DNA from: an uncultured Eubacteriales bacterium
Lineage (GTDB): Bacteria > Bacillota > Clostridia > Christensenellales > UBA1242
DNA: 64,000 nt
Assembly (NCBI GenBank): GCA_949878485.1
Contig: CATLAM010000005.1
Coordinates: forward strand, 23,499 to 87,498
Reading direction: 5' to 3'
Part shown: positions 41,763 to 50,369 of the stretch, one piece after another
Numbering within the stretch: position 1 is the stretch's first letter
Layout: the number at the start of each line of letters is the position of its first letter
Position numbers and translations under genes: made by a program
The notes under the pieces: model-generated
Seen by the model: only the letters and a program-made list of their open reading frames with translations
Databases searched by the model: none
Told to the model about the DNA's origin: nothing

Positions 41763-41792
41763 ATTTTAACACTTTTAAATCCAATTTATCAA
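41763..41792 (-). promoter_or_regulatory. Putative extended -10 promoter of the 3795-aa gene (-35 TTGATA, 18 nt, TGtTAAAAT)
   Basis: The minus strand reads TTGATA(41792-41787)-N18-TAAAAT(41768-41763), with TG one base upstream of the -10 hexamer. Confidence 0.4.
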
Positions 41793-41915
41793 ACAAATTG
41801 AAAGAATTTTTATTTTATATATATTTTTATATAAAGGGGTTTAAACTTCCCTAAAATAGGGAGAAAAAATAATTTCAAGAAAATTAAAAAAATTAAGAAA
41901 AAATTTATTAAAAAA

Positions 41916-42386
41916 TTAACCAATTAAATTAAGTTTAAAATATTTTTCTTTTAAAAAATTCAAGGAAATTTGCTTGTTTTTTAAGATTTTTTTCAATTTT
42001 TCTTTAATTTTTGTGTTATCAATCTTATTTATTATATTTTTTATTTCAATCACATTTACTTCCAAAAACTCAATATCTGCCAAGAAAATTTTGGAAAAAT
42101 TCTTAATGTAATCCACATTATAACCTGAAAGAAATTTTTTGGAACTGGAAAAATATTTGTTATCTCCGTCCATTTTTAAAATAATTTCACTTAAAATTGT
42201 GCAGTTTTCAAGTTCCAACTGCCAAAGTTTTTCAAAACATTCGCTTAACTCTGGTTGAAAAACAGCACTTTGATTATATTGATAAAAGAAGTGCATAAAT
42301 GCCACAAAGCATCCATTTGCACCCCCATAATAATTTTGTAATAAACCTTGATAATATGAATTTATTTGATAAAATTCGCCCTTCAT
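41916..42386 (-). CDS. Hypothetical protein, possibly a degenerate ferritin-like / CotJC (Mn-catalase-like) four-helix protein
   Basis: 156 aa. The layout ...YYGGANGCFVAFMHFFYQY...LELENCTILSEIILKMDGDNKY...FLADIEFLEVNVIEIKNII... parallels the helix pattern of CotJC/Mn-catalase-like proteins, but the usual Glu/His metal ligands are not all present. No clear SD. Confidence 0.45.
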   Translation of the reverse strand: MKGEFYQINSYYQGLLQNYYGGANGCFVAFMHFFYQYNQSAVFQPELSECFEKLWQLELENCTILSEIILKMDGDNKYFSSSKKFLSGYNVDYIKNFSKIFLADIEFLEVNVIEIKNIINKIDNTKIKEKLKKILKNKQISLNFLKEKYFKLNLIG

Positions 42387-42419
42387 ACTTATTTAGTTAT
42401 GCATAAATCAATTTAAATG

Positions 42420-43250
42420 TCACACTTTCCATTTAGGATTTTTCACAAATTCCTTGCCATCAAGTCCTGTTATTCCAACATTTTTAAACTTCAATTTAAC
42501 ACAAGCCAATTTCTGACGAGTCTGTTTAAACTTTTTGTTATCATCGTTTTTTCCATATTTCCCGTCCCCAATTATGGCGTGACCAAGAAAAGCCAGATGA
42601 GCCCTTATTTGATGTGTTTTACCCGTCAACAACTCAATTTCCAACAAACTGCTTTCTTTTCCTGCCTTCAATGTGTTGACAACCATGGAAATTTCCACAG
42701 CACCTTTTACCTTGTTTTGAAATATTTTTACACTTGAATTTTCTCCATCTTTAAGAAGGTATGCATTATAAGTTTTGTTTTTTGCTTCAAAAAAACCAAC
42801 CACTTCGGCAACATAAAACTTGCTTACAGTTTTTTCTTTAAACGCTTTAAGCAATTTTTTCTCTGCCACTTCATTCTTGGCAAACACCATAAGACCTTCG
42901 GTATTTCTGTCAAGCCTGTGAACAGCAATGGCATTTTTTAAGATGCTTTCAACTCCTTTTTCTCCGTCTGATTCAATTCCAGCAGACTTATAGATTATGT
43001 AAACATCATCATTTTCATAAACGATTTCCACTTTTTTGTCCAGCATTTCAGGCGAATAAAAGAAGACCAATTCGTCCCCAATTTCCAGAATGGCGTTTTC
43101 TTTTGTTGCTTTGCCGTTGATTTTGACATCTTTATTTCTAAGCATCTTGTTTACATCAGCAAAAGTAAAACCAAAGTCTTGCAAAAGATTTACAGTTTTT
43201 TGTCTTTTTTCTACTATTATTTCTTTTTTAATCATAAATATATTATACAC
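42420..43250 (-). CDS. RluA-family pseudouridine synthase with an N-terminal S4-like domain
   Basis: HRLDRNTEGLMVFAKN (catalytic Asp motif) and GKTHQIRAHLAFLGHAIIGDGKYG. The start is uncertain: GTG 43250 from the track or ATG 43235 (MIKKEII...). Confidence 0.85.
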   Translation of the reverse strand: MYNIFMIKKEIIVEKRQKTVNLLQDFGFTFADVNKMLRNKDVKINGKATKENAILEIGDELVFFYSPEMLDKKVEIVYENDDVYIIYKSAGIESDGEKGVESILKNAIAVHRLDRNTEGLMVFAKNEVAEKKLLKAFKEKTVSKFYVAEVVGFFEAKNKTYNAYLLKDGENSSVKIFQNKVKGAVEISMVVNTLKAGKESSLLEIELLTGKTHQIRAHLAFLGHAIIGDGKYGKNDDNKKFKQTRQKLACVKLKFKNVGITGLDGKEFVKNPKWKV

Positions 43251-43304
43251 AAACTTTAAAGCAATTTAAAACAAAATTCAACTTGAAAATAAAAAGGAGA
43301 AGAA

Positions 43305-43553
43305 ATGGAACAGATAACAATTGAAAACCGTAAGAAACTTGACATAACTGGTGCAACAAAAATGCTTTCTTCCACTGGCACTCAGGCTGTGGTGGAAGTT
43401 GGAGATTGCAACATAATCATCAGCGGAACAAACATAGAAATCACAAAACTTGACCTTGATAACAAGCAAGTGTCGTTCAGTGGCGACATCAATGCCATTA
43501 AATATTCTCGCAAAGCCGAAAAAGTTGGACTTGTAAAAAGGCTGTTTAGATAA
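43305..43553 (+). CDS. yabP: Sporulation protein YabP
   Basis: 82 aa. ITIENRKKLDITGATKMLSSTGTQAVVEVGDCNIIISGTNIEITKLDLDNKQVSFSGDINAIKY follows the YabP family pattern. AAGGAGA RBS. It is followed by yabQ with a 1-nt stop/start overlap. Confidence 0.8.
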   Translation: MEQITIENRKKLDITGATKMLSSTGTQAVVEVGDCNIIISGTNIEITKLDLDNKQVSFSGDINAIKYSRKAEKVGLVKRLFR

Positions 43554-43912
43554 TGCTTTACGAAACTTTAACTCAACCAATCGTTTTCTTGTGGCTTTTC
43601 TTAGGCGGAATTGCCACAGGTTTTTTGTTTGACTTAAGAAACATTTTGATTAACAAAACAAAAAAACAGCAAATTTTAAAGGAAATTATCACATTTTTTA
43701 CTGTTATTTTGACTTTTTTTGCATTTTATTATTTAAATTTAAAATTCAACTATGGTCAGTTCAGGCTTTGGACTGTTGCGGTTTTCAGCCTTTCAATTTG
43801 CCTGCAAAGATTTTTAATGAATAAATTTGTTGCATTACCTCTGACAAAATGCTACAATAAGATAAAGGAAAAATCTAATGCCAGAAGAAAAAGAAAACAC
43901 AAAGAGATTTAG
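43553..43912 (+). CDS. yabQ: Spore cortex biosynthesis protein YabQ
   Basis: 119-aa multi-TM protein, LWLFLGGIATGFLFDLRNIL, in the conserved position directly after yabP. ATG overlaps the yabP stop (TAATG). Confidence 0.7.
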   Translation: MLYETLTQPIVFLWLFLGGIATGFLFDLRNILINKTKKQQILKEIITFFTVILTFFAFYYLNLKFNYGQFRLWTVAVFSLSICLQRFLMNKFVALPLTKCYNKIKEKSNARRKRKHKEI

Positions 43913-44114
43913 TGCTTTACAAATATTCATGATGGTGCTTATCGTCTTGTTGACGATTGGCATAATTGTGCAAATAATTTTGCTTGTCAATTTTAAAAAC
44001 AAAATCGAACATTATAAGGAAGAAAATAAAAAGTTGGAAGGGCTTTTGCCTGAAACCAAGCAAAACACCATTTTTGAAAATTACATCTTAGAAATAGAAA
44101 ATCAGATGTTGTAA
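43878..44114 (+). CDS. divIC: Septum formation initiator-like (DivIC/FtsB family) small bitopic protein
   Basis: 78 aa with a single TM (LQIFMMVLIVLLTIGIIVQIILLV) followed by a short coiled coil (KNKIEHYKEENKKLEGL). The position after yabP-yabQ mirrors the B. subtilis yabP-yabQ-divIC order. AAGGA lies 8 nt upstream. Confidence 0.5.
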   Translation: MPEEKENTKRFSALQIFMMVLIVLLTIGIIVQIILLVNFKNKIEHYKEENKKLEGLLPETKQNTIFENYILEIENQML

Positions 44115-44767
44115 AAAATTGAAAACAAAAAGTCAACTATGTTCTCATAAACAAAATTTGAAACCTGACCACTCTTTACGAAAGTAAGGAGTGTTTCATT
44201 TAAGAAGAAGTTTGAAAGCGTCAACATGACAAAATAGCATACACCAAAGATGACAATACCTTTACATAAACCAATCAAACTTCCAAAAATTCGATTACAA
44301 ACTCCAAGACCGCAAAACTTGACAATTCTGTTTATCAGAAAACGCAAAAGTTTAAGCAGAATAACAAAAAAAATAAACAAAACCACAAACGCCAAAAGTT
44401 TAACGCAAAGACTGTTTAAAGGTCGTGCCAAAATTTGCCCTGCTGTCAGGTTGCCGTCAAAAGTAATGTCTAAAAACAATTTGGAAAAGATTGGAGCAAA
44501 GATGACACCAAAATGGCTTTTCATCACTGCTTGCTCTAGTTCAAATATGTTGGAAAATTGCCCTGGTAAAAATTGGTCTAACACATTGGAAAGACCGCTT
44601 GTAAAATTAAACCAGTTTTGAAAATAAGTCTGACAAAAATCGCTGAGTTTCCACGCCAACAGAATGACAAAGACAACTCCAAATAAAGAAAAAAGCATGG
44701 AAACAAGTCCCTTGACATAGCCTTTAACTAAATAAAACACACATATTGCCAGCAAAATTATGTCCAT
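44102..44767 (-). CDS. cvpA: CvpA-family membrane protein
   Basis: MDIILLAICVFYLVKGYVKGLVSMLFSLFGVVFVILLAWKL is a typical CvpA (colicin V production) N-terminus, and the protein has 4-5 TM helices. ATG 44767 is preferred over TTG 44773. The 3' end overlaps the convergent divIC-like gene by 13 nt. Confidence 0.75.
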   Translation of the reverse strand: MDIILLAICVFYLVKGYVKGLVSMLFSLFGVVFVILLAWKLSDFCQTYFQNWFNFTSGLSNVLDQFLPGQFSNIFELEQAVMKSHFGVIFAPIFSKLFLDITFDGNLTAGQILARPLNSLCVKLLAFVVLFIFFVILLKLLRFLINRIVKFCGLGVCNRIFGSLIGLCKGIVIFGVCYFVMLTLSNFFLNETLLTFVKSGQVSNFVYENIVDFLFSIFYNI

Positions 44768-44787
44768 AAACAAATCTTTGCCAAATA

Positions 44788-44818
44788 TAAAAGAAAAAAG
44801 ACATAAATATGTCTTTTA
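44788..44818 (-). terminator. Rho-independent terminator after pflA
   Basis: The minus strand reads TAAAAGACAT-attt-ATGTCTTTT followed by TTCTTTT. The stem overlaps the pflA stop codon. Confidence 0.6.
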
Positions 44819-45520
44819 ATCTTTAAGCAATTTTTCTAATTTTTGACATCTTTGTTTGTCCATTTCAGGAGTGTCTTCCAATCGATATTTGATGCCAAGT
44901 TTTTTATACTTTTCTTTAGCCATGGTGTGATATGGCAAAAGTTCAATTTTCTCAATGTTTTTCAATTTTTTTGCAAATTCTTTAAGTTTCAAAACACTTT
45001 CTTCATTATCGTTAAAGTTTGGAACAATGACTTGTCTAAGCCACATCTTTTTGTTTTTCTTTTGGCAGGCATCCAGAAACTTGGTAAACTTGCTGATATC
45101 TTTGCCGACCAAGTTTAGATATTTCTCTTTATCAAGTTCTTTAACATCTAAGATCACAAGATCACAAAAATCTAAAAGTTCATCATATCCATCCCCTTGC
45201 CCAGAAGTGTCAAGGCAAGTGTGAATGTTGTTTTGTTTGCAAAGTTTAAACAACTCAGTAACAAATTCCACTTGCAGAAGTGGCTCTCCACCTGAAACAG
45301 TTATTCCACCACCATTTTTAAAATATGGCTTATATCTCAACATTTTTGCAAGCAACTCTTCTGGCGTCATCTTTGTTTTGGAAAGGTTTGGGTCCCACAT
45401 TTCTGGATTGTGGCAATAAGCACATCGAATTGGGCAACCTTGCAAAAACACAACAAATCGCACCCCCGGTCCATCCACCAAACCCATCGTTTCAAAACTG
45501 TCTATATTTCCTTTAATCAT
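44816..45520 (-). CDS. pflA: Pyruvate formate-lyase activating enzyme (radical SAM)
   Basis: GLVDGPGVRFVVFLQGCPIRCAYCHNPE (CxxxCxxC cluster) and GGGITVSGGEPLLQ. It lies directly downstream of pflB. Confidence 0.92.
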   Translation of the reverse strand: MIKGNIDSFETMGLVDGPGVRFVVFLQGCPIRCAYCHNPEMWDPNLSKTKMTPEELLAKMLRYKPYFKNGGGITVSGGEPLLQVEFVTELFKLCKQNNIHTCLDTSGQGDGYDELLDFCDLVILDVKELDKEKYLNLVGKDISKFTKFLDACQKKNKKMWLRQVIVPNFNDNEESVLKLKEFAKKLKNIEKIELLPYHTMAKEKYKKLGIKYRLEDTPEMDKQRCQKLEKLLKD

Positions 45521-45609
45521 ATTTTCTCTTCTTTTAGTTTGTTATTTATAAAGAAAAAGAGCAAAATTGCTCGTTTTCTATTTTTATTGCCAAGATGATA
45601 AACGAATAT

Positions 45610-45690
45610 AAATTAACTTTTTAAATTTAAGTGTCAAAGTAAAAAGTTAATTTTCTTTCGCTTACCTTTCTTTTTTAAAAGAAAGATAAG
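45610..45690 (-). promoter_or_regulatory. Two hairpin-forming inverted repeats in the pflB-pflA intergenic region
   Basis: A perfect 13-bp inverted repeat AAATTAACTTTTT (45610-45622) / AAAAAGTTAATTT (45641-45653) with an 18-nt loop. A second hairpin at 45661-45690 (CTTACCTTTCTTTT / AAAAGAAAGATAAG, one G-U) abuts the pflB stop. Confidence 0.35.
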
Positions 45691-47928
45691 TTATCTTTTG
45701 CCATGGAATGTTCTTGCAATAACTTCTTTTTGATGAGCCTTAGACAAACGATTGAAGTTTACTGCATAACCTGAAACTCTGATTGTCAAGTTTGGATATT
45801 TCCAAGGATGATTCATGGCGTCAATCAAAAGTTCTCTATTTAAAACATTTACATTAAGATGTTGTGCATCTTGAACAAAATATCCGTCCAAAATGTCAAC
45901 AAGATTGCTTATTCTTGAACTTTCGCTGTGTCCCAACGCATCTGGAACAATGGAGAATGTGTTGGAAATTCCGTCTTGACAGCAACATCCATAAGGAATT
46001 TTAGCCACAGAGTTAAGGGAAGCCAAAGCACCAGAGCAATCTCTTTCATGCATTGGGTTTGCACCAGGAGCAAATGCCACTCCTGCTTTTCTTCCGTCAG
46101 GAGTTGAGCCTGTTTTCTTTCCATACATTACATTTGAAGTAATTGTCAAAAGTGACAATGTGTGCATTGCGTTTCTGTAGGTTTTTTGTTTCTTCAAACA
46201 ACCAAAGAAGAATTGAACTACATCAACACCAATTTGGTCAACTCTGTCATCATCATTTCCAAATTTAGGGAAATCTCCTTCAATTTCAAAGTCAACAATG
46301 ATTCCTCTTTCGTCTCTGATTGGTTTAACTTTGGCATATTTGATTGCAGAAAGTGAATCCGCAACAACGGAAAATCCTGCTGCACCAAAAGCCATAAGTC
46401 TTTCAACGCGAGTGTCAAGCAAAGCCATTTGACCTCTTTCGTAAGCATATTTGTCATGCATATAGTGAATGATATTCATGGCTTCAACATAAGTTTTTGC
46501 CACTTTTTCAAGTGTTTTTTGATAGTTTTTCCAAACTTTGTCAAATGAAAGCACTTCTTCAGTGTTTTTCGCCAAGCCTTCAACAACTTGAACGCCAGAA
46601 TTTTCGTCTACACCACCATTAAGAGAATAAAGGAGAGATTTAGCCAAGTTACATCTTGCACCAAAGAATTGCATTTGTTTGCCAACTTTCATGGCAGAAA
46701 CGCAACAAGCAATGGCATAATCATTTCCATAGAGTGGTCTCATTACATCGTCGCCTTCATATTGAATAGAGTCTGTCAAAATGGAAATTTTTGCACAGAA
46801 TTTACGGAAATTCAATGGAAGTTTTTCAGAATATAAAACAGTTAAGTTTGGTTCTGGAGATGCATCAAGATTGATAAGTGTTTGCAAATATCTGAAAGAG
46901 TTTTTTGTAACCAAACTCTTTTTGTCGTCAACCATTCCACCAATGCTTTCTGTAACCCATGTTGGGTCGCCAGCAAAGATTTCATCATAGTCAGGTGTTC
47001 TTAAATGACGAACAAGACGAAGTTTAATGACAAATTGGTCAACAAGTTCTTGTGCTTCTTCTTCTGTCAATGTGCCATTTTTGAAATCTCTTTCAAAATA
47101 GATGTCAAGGAATGTTGCAGTTCTTCCCAAACTCATGGCAGCACCATTGTTTTCTTTAACAGATGCCAAATAAGCAAAATATAACCATTGAACGGCTTCA
47201 CGGCTGTTTTGAGCAGGTTTTGAAATGTCAAATCCATATGATAAAGCCATTTCTTTGATTTGTCCTAATGCTCTGATTTGCTCGGAAACTTCTTCACGAA
47301 GTCTGATGCTTTCTTCATCACGAACATCAATTGTTTCCTTGTCATGTTTCTTTTCTTCAATCAAAACATCAATTCCATACAACGCAACGCGACGATAGTC
47401 ACCAATAATTCTGCCTCTGCCGTATGCATCAGGAAGTCCTGTCAAAAGACCAGCACTTCTTGCTCTTCTGATTTCTGGTGTGTAAGCATCAAATACGCCA
47501 TCATTATGAGTTTTTCTGTATTCCATAAAGTGACGACGGATTTCAGGGTCAAGTTCTCTGCCATATGCAGCCAAAGCCTTTTCGGCTGTTCTGAATCCAC
47601 CATAAAGGTTGACAATTCTTTTCAATGGTTGGTCTGTTTGAAGCCCAACAACCACTTCGTTCTTCTTGTCAATATAACCTGGTGCAAATGTGTTGATTCC
47701 TGAAACTGTGGTAAGTTCTACATCCAACAACCCCAATTTACTTTCTTTTTTAAGAAGTGTGTTGCATTTAGCCCAAACTTTTTTTGTTTTTTCAGTTGGT
47801 TCACACAAAAACTTATCGTCTCCGCGATATTCCTTAAAGTTGGAGAGAATAAAGTCAGACACATCAATTGACTCTTTCCACTTATCTCCTTTAAAACCTT
47901 TCCATTGTTCAAATTTTTGCTTTTCCAT
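45691..47928 (-). CDS. pflB: Formate C-acetyltransferase (pyruvate formate-lyase)
   Basis: 745 aa with active-site IACCVSAM and the C-terminal glycyl-radical motif [20 protein letters not shown]. Confidence 0.95.
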   Translation of the reverse strand: MEKQKFEQWKGFKGDKWKESIDVSDFILSNFKEYRGDDKFLCEPTEKTKKVWAKCNTLLKKESKLGLLDVELTTVSGINTFAPGYIDKKNEVVVGLQTDQPLKRIVNLYGGFRTAEKALAAYGRELDPEIRRHFMEYRKTHNDGVFDAYTPEIRRARSAGLLTGLPDAYGRGRIIGDYRRVALYGIDVLIEEKKHDKETIDVRDEESIRLREEVSEQIRALGQIKEMALSYGFDISKPAQNSREAVQWLYFAYLASVKENNGAAMSLGRTATFLDIYFERDFKNGTLTEEEAQELVDQFVIKLRLVRHLRTPDYDEIFAGDPTWVTESIGGMVDDKKSLVTKNSFRYLQTLINLDASPEPNLTVLYSEKLPLNFRKFCAKISILTDSIQYEGDDVMRPLYGNDYAIACCVSAMKVGKQMQFFGARCNLAKSLLYSLNGGVDENSGVQVVEGLAKNTEEVLSFDKVWKNYQKTLEKVAKTYVEAMNIIHYMHDKYAYERGQMALLDTRVERLMAFGAAGFSVVADSLSAIKYAKVKPIRDERGIIVDFEIEGDFPKFGNDDDRVDQIGVDVVQFFFGCLKKQKTYRNAMHTLSLLTITSNVMYGKKTGSTPDGRKAGVAFAPGANPMHERDCSGALASLNSVAKIPYGCCCQDGISNTFSIVPDALGHSESSRISNLVDILDGYFVQDAQHLNVNVLNRELLIDAMNHPWKYPNLTIRVSGYAVNFNRLSKAHQKEVIARTFHGKR

Positions 47929-47949
47929 AATTTCTCCTTTTTGTGTTTG

Positions 47950-47972
47950 TTGTTTGAAAAGTTTTCAAACAA
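47950..47972. promoter_or_regulatory. Perfect 11-1-11 palindrome in the pflB leader (candidate operator)
   Basis: TTGTTTGAAAA g TTTTCAAACAA lies between the predicted pflB promoter and the RBS. Confidence 0.4.
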
Positions 47973-47985
47973 ATTTTGCCCTTTT

Positions 47986-48015
47986 ATTTTAATATATAAT
48001 CACAAATAAAGTCAA
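47986..48015 (-). promoter_or_regulatory. Putative pflB promoter (-35 TTGACT, 18 nt, -10 TAAAAT)
   Basis: The minus strand reads TTGACT(48015-48010)-N18-TAAAAT(47991-47986). Confidence 0.4.
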
Positions 48016-48033
48016 ATCATATTGCACCTAAAT

Positions 48034-48068
48034 AAAAAAAAGATTTCAAATTTTTTTTGAAATCTTTT
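48034..48068 (-). terminator. Rho-independent terminator ending the ABC-exporter operon
   Basis: 13-bp perfect stem AAAAGATTTCAAA / TTTGAAATCTTTT with a 5-nt loop, followed on the minus strand by a U-run. It lies 10 nt after the stop at 48078. Confidence 0.65.
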
Positions 48069-48077
48069 AAACAAAAT

Positions 48078-48548
48078 TTATGCAAGGTTTTCAATCTGTT
48101 TCACACTGTCAAGATTGTGAATGAAACTGTCAAGTTCGCTCATATCCTTTTCAAAATCAATATATATGCATCGTCCATTAAATTCTCCGTTTATTCCGCG
48201 ATAAAGGTTTACGCCAGACCAGTCCGCTTCCACTTTAAACACCAGTTCATCAAATGGCAAACCATTAACTTCAATGAGTTGTGGAAACCTTAAAGAAATA
48301 AATGTTCCGCTTTTAATCTCATCTTTATACATATCATTGAAAATAACTCCAAATGCTGGCATAGTTCTTGAATCTTTAAACAAAAGTTCCACTTGCTCTT
48401 GCAAAAGTTTTTCTTCATCTTGTGTCATTTCAACAACATAACCATCGACAAGCAAACTTGTGGAATTTACATGTGGCAAAACATCCATTGTTTCAAAAAA
48501 TGATAAAATCATATAAGGTACTCCTAAAAGAAAGAAAAGAAATTTCAC
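48078..48548 (-). CDS. Hypothetical exported or membrane-anchored protein (156 aa)
   Basis: The start was refined to GTG 48548 (GGAGG 5 nt upstream). Hydrophobic N-terminus KFLFFLLGVPYMILSFF. I recognise no family. It appears co-transcribed with the ABC pair. Confidence 0.6.
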   Translation of the reverse strand: MKFLFFLLGVPYMILSFFETMDVLPHVNSTSLLVDGYVVEMTQDEEKLLQEQVELLFKDSRTMPAFGVIFNDMYKDEIKSGTFISLRFPQLIEVNGLPFDELVFKVEADWSGVNLYRGINGEFNGRCIYIDFEKDMSELDSFIHNLDSVKQIENLA

Positions 48549-48595
48549 AATAACCTCCAAAAACTATTATGACAATTTCTTAACTTTATATTCAA

Positions 48596-50368
48596 TTATT
48601 TTTCTTCAAATTGGCTGTTGTAAAGTTCGGCATAGAAACCGCCCTTTTTCAAAAGTTGGTTATGTGTTCCATTTTCAATGATGTCACCATCTTTAAGCAC
48701 CAAAATCATGTCGGCATTTTTAATTGTTGAAAGTCTGTGTGCAATAATGAAAGATGTGCGTCCTTCCATAACTTTATCCATTGCTTTTTGCAAAAGGATT
48801 TCTGTTCTGGTGTCCACCGAACTTGTTGCTTCATCCAAAATAAGCATTGGTCTGTCTTGAATCATTGTTCTTGCAATGGTAAGAAGTTGCTTTTGTCCTG
48901 CAGACAAATTGATGGCGTCATCGATAACTGTGTCATAACCCTTAGACAATGTTTGAATAAAGTGGTCTACTCCCACTTGTTTGCAAGCGTTGTAAATCTG
49001 TTCATCTGTGACATTTTCATTATTGTAACGCAAGTTTTCTTTAATTGTTCCTTCAAAAAGCCATGTGTCTTGCAAAACCATTCCAAACAATGCGTGCACA
49101 TTTTCACGGGTCATAAATCTGGTTGGAATGCCATCAATGCGAATATCCCCAGAATTGATTTCATAGAATCGCATCAAAAGGTTTACAAGCGTGGTCTTAC
49201 CTGCACCAGTTGGTCCAACAATAGCCACTTTTTGCCCAGCCTTAACTTTTGCTGAGAAATCTTTAATGATAATTTTATCTTGATTGTAACCAAACTGAAC
49301 ATGGTCAAACTGAACATTACCCTTGACATCTTCCACTTTCAAAACTGGATTTTCAAATTCACTGCTTTCCAAAAATTCAAACACACGATTTGCCGCAGCA
49401 GATGTCGATTGAAGTCTGGTTAAACTTTGTGCAATTTGAGAAAGTGGATTAGAGAATAATCTGACATAAATCATAAATGAAGCAATAACACCATAGCCTA
49501 AACCTTGTTTTGCAATCAGCACTGCACCAACAACGCAGACTGCAACATAGCCTAAGTTTCCCACAAAACTCATAACTGGCATCATAACACCAGAAATAAA
49601 TTGTGATTTCCAACCACTGAAAAACAGTTTTCTGTTGATTTTTCCAAACTCTTGAGATTGAGTTTCTTTGGCATTAAAAAGTTGAACGACATTATGTCCA
49701 GAATAGACTTCTTCAACATGAGCATTGATGTCCGCCAAGTTTTTCTGATTTTGGTCAAAATATTTTTGAGCACGAAGAAGGAAAATGCTGGCAAAAGCAA
49801 AGCCTAAGATTGTTGTTACAATTACTGTCAAAGCCATAATCCATTGAGTAACAAACATCATGATAAGCACACCGATAAACAAAATCACATTTGAAAGCAA
49901 GTTTGCAATGCTTTCATTCATGCTTTGACCAAGTGTGTCCACATCATTTGTGACACGGCTTAACACATCCCCATGAAGATGTGTGTCAAAATAATTAAGT
50001 GGCAAACGATTAATTTTTTTTGAAATGTCAGTTCTAAATCTTTTTACAACATTCTGTGTGACATTATTCATGATGAAATGTTGTAAATATTGCAATATTG
50101 CCATAGAAACATAGATTGCAACCAAAATAAAGCAAAGGTCAGAAATCTGTTTCAGGACATCCGCACCCATCAAGCCTTCTTGAATGTAATCTGTTACATC
50201 TCCAATCAAGTTTGGCCCTACAATTTGACATGCCACACCTATTGTGCCAAAAATCACTGATAAAATAAGTGGCCACATCTGAAAACGGCAATATCTGAAA
50301 AGTTTGCCCATGGAAGATTTGAAAGTGCCTTTTGTTTCTTTTTGTTTAACTGAAAATTTTCTTGCCAT
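48596..50368 (-). CDS. ABC exporter, fused permease/ATPase subunit (type I exporter, heterodimer partner)
   Basis: Six-TM N-terminal domain. Walker A GPTGAGKTT, signature LSAGQKQLL, Walker B MLILDEATS. The start is 1 nt after the upstream stop. Confidence 0.9.
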   Translation of the reverse strand: MARKFSVKQKETKGTFKSSMGKLFRYCRFQMWPLILSVIFGTIGVACQIVGPNLIGDVTDYIQEGLMGADVLKQISDLCFILVAIYVSMAILQYLQHFIMNNVTQNVVKRFRTDISKKINRLPLNYFDTHLHGDVLSRVTNDVDTLGQSMNESIANLLSNVILFIGVLIMMFVTQWIMALTVIVTTILGFAFASIFLLRAQKYFDQNQKNLADINAHVEEVYSGHNVVQLFNAKETQSQEFGKINRKLFFSGWKSQFISGVMMPVMSFVGNLGYVAVCVVGAVLIAKQGLGYGVIASFMIYVRLFSNPLSQIAQSLTRLQSTSAAANRVFEFLESSEFENPVLKVEDVKGNVQFDHVQFGYNQDKIIIKDFSAKVKAGQKVAIVGPTGAGKTTLVNLLMRFYEINSGDIRIDGIPTRFMTRENVHALFGMVLQDTWLFEGTIKENLRYNNENVTDEQIYNACKQVGVDHFIQTLSKGYDTVIDDAINLSAGQKQLLTIARTMIQDRPMLILDEATSSVDTRTEILLQKAMDKVMEGRTSFIIAHRLSTIKNADMILVLKDGDIIENGTHNQLLKKGGFYAELYNSQFEEK

Positions 50369-50369
50369 T

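Noticed and set aside
43278-43580. 100-aa minus-strand ORF overlapping yabP
   Set aside because: The plus-strand frame matches the YabP family pattern and has a good RBS. The minus-strand ORF is its shadow.
44102-44114. 13-nt convergent overlap of cvpA and the divIC-like gene as a regulatory feature
   Set aside because: Short convergent 3' overlaps are common in compact genomes, and no hairpin or other signal is associated with this one.
47950-47972. Calling the pflB palindrome a Rex box
   Set aside because: The half-sites resemble TTGTT.../...AACAA, but the repeat spans 23 bp rather than the 18-bp TTGTTAA-N4-TTAACAA arrangement I remember. It is kept only as an unassigned operator candidate.
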